Shown in pieces: positions 23,024 to 36,670 of a stretch of 64,000 nt of DNA (the stretch's first letter is position 1; every line of letters starts with the position of its first letter). The notes under the pieces are model-generated. The model saw nothing but the letters and a program-made list of their open reading frames with translations. It did not search any database and was not told the DNA's origin. The position numbers were made by a program, and so were the translations under genes. Source of the DNA: Octopus sinensis (Eukaryota); NCBI RefSeq assembly GCF_006345805.1, contig NC_043020.1, positions 13,950,001 to 14,014,000 of the forward strand. Direction: 5' to 3'.

Positions 23024-23054
<31 letters not shown>

Positions 23055-23090
23055 CACACATATATATACATACATATATATATACACACA

Positions 23091-23121
<31 letters not shown>

Positions 23122-23150
23122 CACACACACACACACACACACATATATAT
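22788..23150. repeat. Compound (TA)n/(CA)n microsatellite
   Basis: Low-complexity dinucleotide tract; source of the spurious YI/HT/CV ORFs. Confidence 0.97.
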
Positions 23151-23677
23151 TTTGTTATACAGGCCATGGTTGTTTCTGATGACTTTTCTGAATTGTTGAA
23201 ATATTTTTTTGTCTTTGGATTTCAGGAAAATAATATTGATTACCTGAAATCAGTATTGATGATGTTGATTATATTAACACACAGTAAGAGTTACACAATG
23301 ATGTTGAAATTCGTGGGTGGGGCTAGATTATTAGATGTATAGTGAGAATCAAACCTAATAAAGATACAAGTAGGTATTACCTAGGAAACAAGAATGACAC
23401 AGGCATGACCATGTGACTAACATGCTTGCCTGACAAGCATACAATTCCGGGTTCAGTTTGGTGGGGAGCACCTTGAACATGTGAATTCTACCACAGGCTC
23501 AAATTAGTGCTTGTAATGTTAAATATGTTTAAGATCACCATTTTTGTTGCCGTGTTTCTATTGAAATATGATGTCTTTATGCTTACTGTCCGTTTTTCGA
23601 CATCAGTGGCAGATGCCACTAGAAAAACTTATATATTTGCAAAGCAGCCTTCACTTTCATCGCGACCTGGTGGTTAC

Positions 23678-23720
23678 CGCCTGTTGACGAGGGACAAAGA
23701 TCCCGAAACTAGTTCGAGCG
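23678..23720 (+). ncRNA. Degenerate hammerhead motif
   Basis: CGCCTG-TTGACGA-GGGA-CAAAGA-TCCC-GAAAC-TA-GTT-CGAGCG. Perfect 4-bp stem II and palindromic ACTAGT; C3 is replaced by U. Confidence 0.55.
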
Positions 23721-24357
23721 TATCACTCAGGCTTGCGAGGAAGGGTTGGCCTCCTTTGCAAATACTCCAAGGGCACTGATATTGTGTCTAAAGCCAGCTA
23801 GAGACGACAATCTCTTGGGGCTATAAAGCTACAGTAACACCCCCTCCCCAATGTGGTTAGCCATGATAAGATGGCTTCTATACTTTACATATGATGTCTT
23901 TGTTTTCAATTAATTTCGAGAAATTTGTCCACTGCAACTGGACCCTAATTTTTGTTGTTATTTAGTTTTTCCAGTCTGCTATTTTGAAGCATATTGTGAT
24001 TTTGCGTTTCATCTTTACAGGGTCGATAAAATAGATATGATGTTGATTTCTGGGGAGGGGTTATTGAATCGATTTTCCCTTAAAAAACATGGCTTTGTGC
24101 TTCTGTAAAAAAAAATCATCACTGCTACTACTGCTACTACTACTGCCGCTGCTGTTGTTGTTAAGCAACATGACGGGTAAGGGTAATTAGGTGATGGTCT
24201 AGGGCTTAGGAGCGGGAGACCCCAGACCTTGGAAAAAAAAAAATTTTGGTTGTCTTGTAGTCGAGGGCTCTTTGTTGACACCACGCCCAACACCACTGGG
24301 AGGTGGCCCTCGAAGTCGCTGGAAATGGAGATCTCCAGGTCCAAATTCTTGAACGGC

Positions 24358-24371
24358 TGCTGCTGCTGCTG

Positions 24372-24403
<32 letters not shown>

Positions 24404-24404
24404 A

Positions 24405-24436
<32 letters not shown>

Positions 24437-24455
24437 ACTACTACTACTACTACTG
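24358..24455. repeat. Alternating (CTG)n(CTA)n compound microsatellite
   Basis: Three cycles of 4-5 CTG followed by 5-6 CTA. Confidence 0.95.
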
Positions 24456-27400
24456 TGGTGAACCCCCTTCGGTCATGAATGACCGTGTGATTACATCTAG
24501 AAAGTTACCTTATAGTAGAAGACACTTGCCCAAGGGGACTGAACCCGGAACCATGTGGTTCGTAAGCAAGCTACTTACCACACAGCCACTCCTACGCCTG
24601 GATTATTGTGGCTGTCAATGTGTCACCATTCACCTTGACATGAATTCTGGTTGTTGCTATCCCACAGAGACTTATTATACCACTGTTCCACTATCATCAT
24701 CACCATCACTATCATCATCACCATCATCAGGCAAGGTTGTTTATGGGAGACCAACAGTCGCCCATGCATACCAGCCGCCCCTCTCCATGCAACTGATGTT
24801 ATCCAAGAGAAAGGCAAAGGGGCCGACACAGCTTGGCAGCAGTGACGTTGCAACTCATTTCTACAGCAGCTGAGTGAACTGGAGCAACGTGAAACAAAGT
24901 GTCTTGCTCAAGAACACAACACAGCTTGGTCTGGGGATTGAACTCCCACCACCACCGACAGGTGACGGTTGTTTAGAGAATGTGTGGGCTAAGACTATGC
25001 GTCTTCGTTGGTCAGTTAAAGTTGAGGCAGTGTCACGTGACAACTTGCTGGGGCTGCCTGCTGGAGCCTAACAGCAGGTATTTAAAGGGAAAAAATTCGA
25101 CAAGTCAGTCAGTCACTCCGCTGACACTTGTTGACCTACATCGAAGAAGCCAGGGAAAAGAAGAAAGATGACATGCACCCAACACCAGAGCAGAAGACAT
25201 CTCCAAAAGGGGGGGGGGGCACGTCAAAACAGTAGAGGAGTAGGGGCTGAAACCAGATGTGGCTCTTCCTGATGATGTCTTGAGCTAACTGGATCCTATA
25301 AAGGAGCTGTTGTGGTAGCAGACCACGAAACACGGTTGACATTCATTACGACCTTCACCATTACTACTAATACTATTACTATTACTACTACCATCATTAT
25401 TACTACCACTTCCACCACCACTAAAAATATCGTTTTTATCTATTAAGTGAAAATTAAAATTCAGAAGGCGTCAGTTTTAAATGTCTACTTTGATACAAGC
25501 CATGAGCTCATTTCCTCTGTATTCTGTCTCAGCCAACAGTAACATTATATACTTAAGAAAATAAGACTTAACTTACTTGACATATTAACAAGTCATTTTA
25601 ATGAGTATTTAGAGGAAGAGGGATAAAGAGGAAGAGCGAGAGGGAGGGGCAGACAAAGCAGAAGAGAGAGAGAGAGAGAAACAGAGAGAGAGAGAGGCAC
25701 AGAGACAGAGATAGACACTCCTTGTATTCTTTTACATCAGTGATATTTATGTCTGAGTTCATCCCAGCCAAACTAATCTTTACATTCCATCCTAGTTCTG
25801 CCAACTATATCATCATTTTACTTTTAATTACGGCTCACAGGTTAAAAGGTTCCCTTGTCTATCATTAGGTCCCTCGGTACAGTCCCACTGCTTAGGCTCG
25901 GGGATAACCCAAGCTTTGTAAGGGAAACTAAGTGGAAGCCTATCCAATGATGTTTAATTCAAAAGCTACAGCCTTTGTCACACTCTGTGTCTGGAATATT
26001 TGATCGCTTTTACTCTTTTACTTGTTTTCAGTCATTTGACTGCGGCCATGCTGGAGCACCGCCTTTAGTTGAACAAATTGACCCCAGGACTTATTCTTTG
26101 TAAGCCTAGTACTTATTCTATCAGTCGCTTTTGCCGAACTGCTAAGTTACAGGGACATAAACATACCAACATCAGTTGTCAAGTGATGGTAGGGGTGGGG
26201 ACAAACACAGCTACACACAAATACACACACACACATACACATAGATACATTTAATATAATAAATGTGAAAACTAATTTCTATGAGTCAGTGTGTCACACT
26301 ATGACCCCATTTCTCTCACTATTCAATGACATTTCTACTATTGCTCATGTTGAGGTGAGAGTAATAGTAAGCATAGAGACGGTGAGGGTGGAGAGAAAGA
26401 AAGAAAAAGAGAGAAGAGAAAGAGAGACAAAGAAATTTAGGGAGAGTTGATGATGGCAAGGTTTTGATCAGCCCAAGGCTATAGTAGAAGATACTTGCTC
26501 AAGGTGTCATGCAGTGTGTCTGAACCCTGGACCATGTGGTTGAGAAGCAAGCAACTATTTGTGACTAGAGATCATGTACTTGATTCAGTCTGTTTACTGA
26601 GCAGATTAGTACAGTTTTGGTAGACCAACCAGATTGGTAGTGTATTGGTATAGCCTTGGTACGGTCTGTTTACAGGACATAGAATCATCATTGTAAACAG
26701 ACAAAAACAACCAAGTTATTAATCAGTAAATTTAGCTGACAAAACAATTCTGATCATTGATTATCAAATAGAATTGGTCTCTCTGTGAAAATAACAAGTG
26801 ATATGAATTTGAGATTATCAATAAATTTGTCAACATTATTATGACATATTGTCTTTATCAATACTTTTATTTAAGTCTACCGTAATCAATATGTAATTCT
26901 CATTATCAAACCATACCAGAGCAGACACAGAACCAGGCGGAACCATCAAGTGCATTTTTGTAAAATAATTCTTTTTTTCGTTTTCACTTGTTTCACTCAC
27001 TCACTGTGGCCATGCTGGGGCACCACCTTTAAGAGTTTAGTCAAACAAATTGACCTCAGATGTCTCACAAACAACTTGCACATGCAAGTGCTACCAGTCA
27101 AGAGCTTCACATACCGGAAGCCAGCAAGTGTATGGGGTCATCAGGAGAGAATGCGCACCTTTTCGGGGCCGACTTCTCGATGGCATCAATGCGCACCAGC
27201 CCTGATATGAAGCCCCGCTTGCTAGATCAACTGGTTATCAAATTTTTTAAAACCTATTTTTGCTAAAGTCTGGTACTTATTCTAACAGTCTCTTATTGCT
27301 GAACTGCTAAGTCACCAGTTGGTGGTGATAGTAAGGGGTGAGGGTGGCACACAAAGAGAACCACATATTATATGTGATGGGCTTCCCTACAGTTTTCATC

Positions 27401-27574
27401 TCTGAAATTCACTCACAAGCCATTGGTCAGCTATAGTAGAAGATGCTTGCCCAAACTGTTGTGCAGTGGGACTGAACCCCAAACCATGTGTTTATAAAGT
27501 GAACTTCTTAACCACACAGCCATGCTTGTACCATATTAACCAATATTTCCTCAAATCTTCGTATGAAATACTCA

Positions 27575-27709
<135 letters not shown>

Positions 27710-28128
27710 TCAAATGTTGGCACAAGGCCAGCAATTTTAAGGAAGAGGGTAGGTCGGTTGGTTACATCATCCCCAGTGCTCACCTGGTATTTATTTTTTC
27801 GACCCCAGAAGGATGAAAGGTAAAGCATTTGAGAAAGAAACAACAGCATTTGAGAAAAAAAAACAAAACAAATGTGTATATTGAGAAGAAAGAAGAGAGA
27901 AAAGGTTAAAAAAAAGTGTGAAATGAAATGATTGGACATGGCTGACTGGACATTTAGTCTACTGTGGAGACAGTATTTTTTGGTGCTGGAGGTAAACACA
28001 CACACACACACACACTTATACACAGTGCATGCAGAGAATATACACATACAGATAGAAAGAGAGAGAGAAAAAGTGACATTGCAAATTATTAATTGATTAC
28101 AAATGACAAACACTTTATCATTCTACAT

Positions 28129-28527
28129 ATCTTTATATATAAAAGTGAAGTTGTGTGTCTGTCTCCTACGATTTAGATTCCTAACTACTCCCACATTTTG
28201 CGGTGCAGTTTAACCAAAAGCGGGTATCTTATAGTCGTGATTCATATCGAGCCCTTCTGGGTATTAGCACACGTCTACGATGAGTCTACGATTTAAAAAA
28301 AAATTTACCATAATTTTTTTCCATTTTAATGCATTTTTTCGCTATTATATAAGGGAAGGAACTCTCTAAAAATGTCTACGATGAGTCAACGATTTAAAAA
28401 AAAATTTACCATAATTTTTTTTCCATTTTTAATGCATTTTTTTGCTATTTTTTGGCTATAACTCTAAAAATGCTTACATAGTTATTTTGCTTACAAACCC
28501 GAGCAACGCCGGGTGATACTGCTAGTA
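28129..28527 (-). mobile_element. HINE-like non-autonomous rolling-circle element
   Basis: Same family and termini as 17575-17960. Confidence 0.6.
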
Positions 28528-29723
28528 TATTTATATATATGATATATAAAGATAGCAAACGATATTATTTGCTAAAGTAATCCAAAACCATGGTATAACC
28601 GTTATATAACAAGGTAAAGGTTTTTATTTTTCATTTACTTCGAAATTTGCTATAAAATTGTGGTTTTTGGCCGTGTTGGCTGCTATTTCTAGCATGTAAA
28701 ATTACCTGTTAAAGGGTAATTTTCTATTTTGAAATACGTATATATTTATATCATTATCATCATCTTCAACATCTGTTTTCCTTGCTGGCATGGGTTGGAT
28801 GGCTTGACCAGAGCTGGCAAGCTAGAGGGCTGTACAAGACTCCAGTCTGATTTGGTTTGGCTTCTATGGCTGGATGCCCTTCTAAATGCCAACCCCTTTA
28901 CAGAGTGCACTGGGTGTCCCTCATGTGGCACTGGCATGGGTGCATTAAGTGGCATCAGCATAGGAGCTTTTTACGTATATTTATATATATATTTCTATAT
29001 ACATAAATGGCAAAATGTCCGTGTGTGTGTCCTTTATACAAATCCACAATTTTTCAGTTAGAGGGCTCGCACTTTCTATGGTCATTCAAAACCGCCCAAG
29101 GGTGGTCGTGCACATCTTTACATTTCCCCAGTCACCCCGCAAAGCCATTAAAAATTCAATAGAAGTGACTTTTTTGTGAATTTTCTATCCAAAACCCAAT
29201 CAAAATGCCCGAAACTTGATACGCCAATTGAATGCCAGCTAGCTGTATGTGATTGGTCGGAGATTTGGACAGTACTCGCGTGCATGTGCACACGCATGAA
29301 GCTGTATATGCATGCATTAGCAATATGATCTGGCAACGCCGGGTCATAGTGCTAGTATATATATATATATATATATTTTTTTTTATGCACCCTTTTCAAG
29401 CCTAGCCAGGCTCATGGGCCTGGTTTCCCGGTTTCTGTGGCGTATGTGTTCCCCCCAGCTGGACAGGACGCCAGTCCATCGCAGCATTATATATATATAT
29501 ATTATATATATGTGTGTGTGTGCAGAGAGAGAGAGAGAGAGATGGAAGGGAAGCGAGAGAATACCAAAGACATTAAAACGTCTGATGTAAAATAAGTTAG
29601 AGTGGAATTGGTGGTACCAAAAATGCCTCTACCAAAATAATTTTGATAACTGATTACTGAAAAGAGGAAATAATTCATGCTTTAGGATGAGCCTTCCATT
29701 TTATTACAGTTTATTTAAGCCTA

Positions 29724-29918
<195 letters not shown>

Positions 29919-30665
29919 TTATCATTCTGTCGCAGTTATAAAAAAGTAAACAGGTGAACACTTTTTCCATATTTTGTTTGGTAAAAGTTAGCAATTGTTC
30001 TATTGCCAACAACACTTATTGACTGTCTGCTGCCACCAACGATTCGATGAAATTTTAAGACACAGACAATAATTTGATTATGATGATAATAATTTATCTC
30101 TTTATTGCCTACAGGGGGGGGGGGGGGCTAAGCATAGCGGGAACAAACAAGGACAGACAAAGGGATTAAGTTGATTACATCGACCCCAGTGTGTAACTGG
30201 TACTTATTTAATCGACCCCGAAAGGATGAAAGGCAAAGTCAACCTAGGCGGAATTTGAACTCTGAACGTAAAGACGGACGAGATACCTATTTCTTTACTA
30301 CCCACAAGGGGCTAAACACAGAGATGACAAACAAGGACAGACAAACGGATTAAGTGATTACATCGAACACAGTGCATAACTGGTACTTAATTTAATCGAC
30401 CCCAAAAAGGATGAAAGGCAAAGTCAACTTCGGTAGAATTTGAACTAAGAATGTAAAGACAGACGAAATACTGCTAATAATAGGCAATACAACCTAAACC
30501 ATTGCTTGAGTGTATATAAGTGAGTTATACAATCTTATGCATATTTCTCTTCCTCTCTCCATGTGTGTGTATATTATATGTGTGTGCATGAGTGTATAAG
30601 AAAATGAGATGACAAAGGATTAATGAATATGATGTACAACTTTTGAAACTGCACTTCCTATTCGA

Positions 30666-30746
30666 GGCTCTGATGAAGCTATAAGGTGTTACTCAGGCAC
30701 TCAACTATGAGTCCACCGCAACTTGTAGCAGAAACAACTGTAAGCT
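30666..30746 (+). ncRNA. Type I hammerhead motif with extended stem II
   Basis: GGCT-CTGATGA-A-GCTATAAG...CTTGTAGC-A-GAAAC-AACT-GTA-AGCT. Stem II has 8 bp; ACAACTGT is one change from a palindrome. Confidence 0.7.
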
Positions 30747-31544
30747 AATGAAGTTCATAACATAGTAACTTTATTCTTTTGTCATCTCGTTTTCTTATTA
30801 GCACTCTATAACTGACTAACACTTTATTCTGAAGCATATATATTTTGAATTCTACACCAGGTTTTATCAGTTTCACAATGCCTAATTCAAATATTAAATA
30901 TAGGTATTTTTTACTCTTTTACTTGTTTTACTGCAACCATGCTGGAGCACCACCTTTAGTCGAGCAAATCGGGACTTATTCTTTGTAAGCCCAGTACTTA
31001 TTCTATTGGTCTGTTTTGCCGAACCGCTAAGTGACGGGGACGTAAACACACCAGCATCGGTTGTTAAGCAATGTTAGGGGGACAAACACAGACACACAAA
31101 CATAGACACACACACATATATATGTATATATATACATATATACGACGGGCTTCTTTCAGTTTCCGTCTACCAAATCCACTCACAAGGCTTTGGTCGGCCC
31201 GAGGCTATAGTAGAAGACACTTGCCCAAGATGCCACGCAGTGGGACTGAACCTGGAACCATGTAGTTGGTAAGCAAGCTACTTACCACACAGCTACTCCT
31301 GCACCTATATATATATCATCCATCATCACCATTCAACATCAGTCTTCCATGCTGGCATGGGTTGAATATTTTGTCAGGAACTGATAAGCCAGAGGACTGT
31401 GCCTTGTCTATTGTTCAATGCATTTTAAATATTAAAAAGTTCCAACAACTAAATCTAATGATGCCTTTCAGTATTGACAGAAAGATTGTTGCAGGATTTC
31501 TACGAAGCTGGAATATGAAGAAATGAGTTTATGATGTTAACATC

Positions 31545-31985
31545 TACCTTTTACTACCACGTCTCCCACATGTCCGACACTCGCATCCCAAAACAGCTCT
31601 TCTACGGTGAACTCAGCCAGGGCAAACGCAAAGTCGGAGGGCAGAAGAAGCGCTTCAAGGAAAGTCTCAAGGTCTCTCTCAAAGACTTCTCCATCGGCAC
31701 AGAGACCTGGGAGACACTTGCTGCCGACCGCTCACCCTGGTGCAGCGCAATCACCACAGGAGCAGGGACAGCCGAGGAGGGACGGATTCGGTCAGCAGAG
31801 CAGAAACACCAGATGCGGAAAGCCAGAGCCGCCTGCACCAGTAGCACGGCCCCTACCCACTTCTGCCCCACCTGTGGGAGGGGCTTCCTTGCCCGGATTG
31901 GCCTCACCAGCCACCTCCGGTCTCATGGCGGCAGTTCCACCAGATGATGTCAGTGGTAATCTTCGAACCCGAAGGACAAACATTA
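31545..31985 (+). mobile_element. RTE (BovB-like) LINE 3' end with terminal C2H2 finger
   Basis: MSDTRIPKQLFYGELSQGKRKVGGQKKRFKESLK...W...CPTCGRGFLARIGLTSHLRSH is the canonical RTE C-terminus; GC-rich relative to the flanks. Confidence 0.9.
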
Positions 31986-32109
31986 AATTATTAAACTTCA
32001 GGGAAATCTTTACAACAGGAAGAATGCACTTTACTGCATAGTTTGAGGTAGTCAAATAATAGGATACAGCTAGACAAACACCAGGAACCCTAGGGAGGCC
32101 ATCGGTTAA

Positions 32110-32339
32110 CCCTTTAGCATTCAAACCGGCCATCCCTGGCCCAAATATTCTACTTGTTTTATGCCCAAATTTGCCAGATCCAACCTTTCATACCTATCCC
32201 ACAATGTGATTCTGAAAAATAAGCAATCACATTATTGAAATCTTGAAGCTATGAGACAATGCTTGGTTGATTCAAAATAATGTGAATAAATAAGCATTAC
32301 ATTAGATTTGATGACAAAATAATCTGAATGCTAAAAGGG
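32110..32339. mobile_element. piggyBac-type MITE
   Basis: TTAA|CCCTTTAGCATTCA...TGAATGCTAAAAGGG|TTAA. Related copies at 45377-45988 and partial ones near 9900, 39260 and 40180. Confidence 0.8.
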
Positions 32340-32633
32340 TTAAAATAACAAGCTTCATTTTGAAGACAATAATACATCGTTAGATACAGGCGCACAAACA
32401 CACATACATTACTAGACTTACATACTCTTTTACTCTTTTACTTGTTTCAGTCATTTGACTGTGGCCATGCTGGAGCACCGCCTTTAGTTGAGCAAATCGA
32501 CCCCGGGACTTATTCTTTGCAAGCCCAGTACTTATTCTTTCGGTCTCTTTTGCCGAACCGCTAAGTGACGGGGACGTAAACACACCAGCATCGGTTGTCA
32601 AGCAATGCTAGGAGGACAAACACAGACACACAA

Positions 32634-32671
<38 letters not shown>

Positions 32672-33218
32672 ATATATACGACAGGCTTCTTTCAGTTTCC
32701 GTCTACCAAATTCACTCACAAGGCATTGGTCGGCGCGGGGCTATAGCAGAAGACACTTGCCCAAGATGCCACGCAGTGGGACTGAACCCGGAACCATGTG
32801 GTTGGTTAGCAAGCTACTTACCACACAGCCACTCCTGCGCCTACATCACTCCATACATCACTACACACACACATCTCCCTAGACAAACATATATATAGAC
32901 AAACATCACTAAATACATACACACACACACAGTGTAGAAACTGGATGTGTTTGTTTACTTCTGTTCAGTTCATTTCTAGATACAAAGTCACCCTAAAATA
33001 GTAAAATGATCAGGGACCAGGTGTGTTTGTTTATATAAACGCCTCCTCTCCCTACCATTCTGTTGACACTGTTCTTCAATAAACTGAAATTTTCCATTAA
33101 CCATTTCGTTACCAACCCGGCTGAAACTGGCTCTGGCTCTGAGTACAAATGTCTTGTTTTCATAAGTTTTGAATGATATCAAGACACCTTGGGCAACTGT
33201 TAGTTCTTCCTGTCTTAA

Positions 33219-33439
33219 CCATTTTGATACCAACCCATCTGAAACCACCTCTGGCTTTGCAGTACAAATGTCTTGTTTTCATAAGTTTTGAATTAAAATC
33301 TTCCACCAAACCTTAGTCACAATTTATGTTCCTAACACTAGCTGAATGATAACTAAGTTATTTTACTAAATTCTTTGTTATATTTAAAGTAATTGAAAGA
33401 AACACAGAGCATCTCAAAATAAATACCATAACAAAAGGG
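33219..33439. mobile_element. piggyBac-type MITE (second family)
   Basis: TTAA flanks with CC.TTT/AAAGGG termini; same internal sequence as 54410-54630 and the outer element at 7579. Confidence 0.75.
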
Positions 33440-34067
33440 TTAAAGTTGTGAAATCAATAAGCTCCAACTTTATTTTCTCAAGAAAATTTTATTATTTTTT
33501 TTCTTCTAGTTTTAGTCATTGGAATGCGGCCATTCTGGGACATGCACCACTTGCAAAGTTTCAATTTTAATATCTATTTTATCAATAAGGTGGCAAGATG
33601 GTAGAATCGTTAGCCTGATGAGCAAAATGCTTAGCGTCATTTTGCCCATCTTTACGTTCTGAGTTCAAATTCTGCTGATATTAACTTTGCTTTTCATCCC
33701 TTTTGGGGTTGACAAAATAAGTACCAATTTAAGTACTGCAGACAACCTAATCAACTTAGACCCTCTCTTGGAATTTCTGGCCTTGTGCCAAAATTTGAAA
33801 TCAATATTTATTTTATCAATAAGGCAGTGAGCTGGTAGAATCATTAGCCCAGAAGGCAACATGCTTAGTGGCATTTCGTCTGTCTTCACATTTTGAGTTC
33901 AAATTCCACTGAGGTTGACTTTGCCTTTCATCCCTTTTGGGGATGAACTACTACAACCTCAGTCGAACACTGGGGTTGATGTAATTGAATTAGCCCTTCC
34001 CCCAGAATTGCTGGCCTTGTGCCAAAATTTGAAATCGATATTTATTTTATCAATAAGATGTCAAGCT

Positions 34068-34926
34068 GGTAGAATCGTTAGCCCACCAGGCAAAATGCTT
34101 CACAGCATTTGGTAGAATCGTTAGCCCACCAGGCAAAATGCTTCACAGCATTTGGTAGAATCGTTAGCCCACCAGGCAAAATGCTTCACAGCATTTGGTA
34201 GAATCGTTAGCCCACCAGGCAAAATGCTTCACAGCATTTAGTAGAATTGTTAGCCCACCAGGCAAAATGCTTCACAGCATTTGGTAGAATCGTTAGCCCA
34301 CCAGGCAAAATGCTTCACAGCATTTGGTAGAATCGTTAGCCCACCAGGCAAAATGCTTCACAGCATTTGGTAGAATTGTTAGCCCACCAGGCAAAATGCT
34401 TCACAGCATTTGGTAGAATCGTTAGCCCACCAGGCAAAATGCTTCACAGCATTTGGTAGAATCGTTAGCCCACCAGGCAAAATGCTTCACAGCATTTGGT
34501 AGAATCGCTAGCCCACCAGGCAAAATGCTTCACAGCATTTGGTAGAATCGTTAGCCCACCAGGCAAAAGCTTCACAGCATTTGTAGAATCGTTAGCCACC
34601 AGGCAAAATGCTTCACAGCATTTGGTAGAATCGTTAGCCCACCAGGCAAAATGCTTCACAGCATTTGGTAGAATCGTTAGCCCACCAGGCAAAATGCTTC
34701 ACAGCATTTAGTAGAATCGTTAGCCCACCAGGCAAAATGCTTCACAGCATTTGGTAGAATCGTTAGCCCACCAGGCAAAATGCTTCACAGCATTTGGTAG
34801 AATCGTTAGCCCACCAGGCAAAATGCTTCACAGCATTTGGTAGAATCGTTAGCCCACCAGGCAAAATGCTTCACAGCATTTGGTAGAATCGTTAGCCCAC
34901 CAGGCAAAATATGCTTCACAGCATTT
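34068..34926 (+). repeat. 43-bp minisatellite, about 20 copies, amplified from a SINE B head
   Basis: Unit GGTAGAATCGTTAGCCCACCAGGCAAAATGCTTCACAGCATTT; the remainder of the SINE resumes after 34926. Confidence 0.95.
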
Positions 34927-36499
34927 CCTCCATCTTTATGTTCTGAGGTCAAATTCCACCAAGGTCAAATTTGCATTTCATCCCTTTTGGGAATGAACTA
35001 CATCAACCTCAGCTTAATTGACTTACACCTTCCCTCAGAATTGCTGGCCTTGTTTTAAAATTTGAAATCAATATTTTATCAATTTTTATTTTTTGTGAAC
35101 TGTTAAGTTACAGAACATTATGAATCACAGCATAATATTAAACAGGGTGCAAAAACAGTCATTGCCACAGGTTCTCTCTATTGAATACCTATATCTTTAC
35201 TACCCACAAGGGGCTAAACACAGAGAGGACAAACAAGGACAGAAAAACAGATTAAGTCGATTATATCAACCCCAGGGCGTAACTGGTACTTATTTAATCG
35301 ACCCCGAAAGGATGAAAGGTAAAGTCGACCTCGGTGGAATTTGAACTCAGAATGTAGCGGCAGACGAAGTACTGTTAAGCATTTTGCCCGGCGCAGTAAC
35401 GATTCTGCCAGCTTGAATACCATGTGATGAATAAGCTAATGAGAGAGCCTGTAGAAGGCAGATCATTCTGCAAGAAATAACAGGCAACTCTTCCTCAAAG
35501 CACAACTTTACCATATAACAAAAAAAAAGCAGGACACATTTGATAGTGTGGTATCAGTTAAACTGTATTTGACTGACTAAAAGAGAGGATGGTCATGGCA
35601 GGAAGGCCTTTGATGATGAGGTTGTTTAACCAGAGTTCACACAGCCACTAAACCAGCACTGCATTGTGCTTACTATTACATACTGCAATAGGGTGGTGGG
35701 CTGGCAGAATTGTTAGCATGCCAGGCAAAACACTTAGTGGCATTTTGTCTACCTTGACGTTCTGAGTTCAAATTCTGCCAAGGTCATCTTTGCCTTTCAT
35801 CCTTTTTGGGTCAATAAAATAAAACACCAGTTTCACACTGGGGTCGATGTAACCAACTAGCTACCCCGCCCCAACAAATTCAGGCCTTGTGCCTATAGTA
35901 GAAAGGATTATTACATGCTGCAATTAAGGCTGCGAGATGGCAGAATCATTAGCATGCCAGGCAAAATGCTTAATAGCATTTCGTCCGTATTTATGTTCTG
36001 AGTTCAAACTCCACCAAGGTTGACTTTGCCTTTCATCCTTTTTGGGGTTGATAAAATAAATACCAGTTGAGTAGTGGGGTCAATCTAATTGACCTATCCC
36101 ACCCCCAAATTGCTGGCCTTGTGCTAAAACTTGAAAGCATTATTACATAATGCAACCTCAATTCTGCTGACGTGGACTTTACCTTTCATCCTTTTTGGGG
36201 AGTCAACTAAATAAGTACCAGTTGAGCACCAGGGATCAATGTAATTTATTAGCCTCACACCCAAAGTTTCTAGCCTTGTGCCTATAATATAAAGGATTAT
36301 TACATACTGCTACTTCACACAGAACCTGTTGCTGCCGCAGCTGTAAGTGTTTACTCAAAAATAAACATGACTCAATGTTTACTTTTGAGTGAGTATTATT
36401 AGATTTACATGATCTAAACCAGTTGAGATTATGATAATGTAGTGAACAGAATTATTATTATTAGAGATAATAATAATGATAATAATAATAATGGTTTTT

Positions 36500-36660
36500 T
36501 TTTTTTAGACATTCACTAGTACAACAGTAAATACAAAACCAAATATATGGCACACTAGGCATAACAACAACATGAACTTCCAACCTGTTGTCTCTTGAGG
36601 TCTCTGGGTGAGACTTGGAGCCAACTTGTACAAATGTAAAGCAAACGTCAAACATATAAT
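36500..36660 (+). mobile_element. R4/Dong-like element 3' UTR fragment with (TAA)n tail
   Basis: Reverse complement of the 3' UTR at 61085-61280 that follows the RLE ORF; flanked by TAA repeats. Confidence 0.7.
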
Positions 36661-36670
36661 AATAATAAAT

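Noticed and set aside
22774-23342. Long ORFs of 82-184 aa rich in YI/HT/CV
   Set aside because: Translations of a TA/CA microsatellite, which lacks stops in several frames.
24229-24873. 214-aa ORF, the longest in the track
   Set aside because: A chimera of compound microsatellite, SINE fragments and (CAT)n; no domain.
25265-25341. Additional hammerhead candidate (CTGATGA...GAAACACGGTT)
   Set aside because: Core words are present, but stems I and III pair poorly and there are extra bases before GAAA; too weak to list as a feature.
32993-33085. Possible extra MAPKAPK2 exon (FIEEQCQQNGRERRRLYKQTHLVPDHFTIL)
   Set aside because: The candidate AG...GT interval is about 92 nt, which would shift the frame between two phase-0 junctions, and it has no kinase similarity.
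34068-34926. CRISPR-like regular array
   Set aside because: Units are contiguous with no unique spacers, derive from a SINE head, and there are no cas genes in this eukaryotic context.
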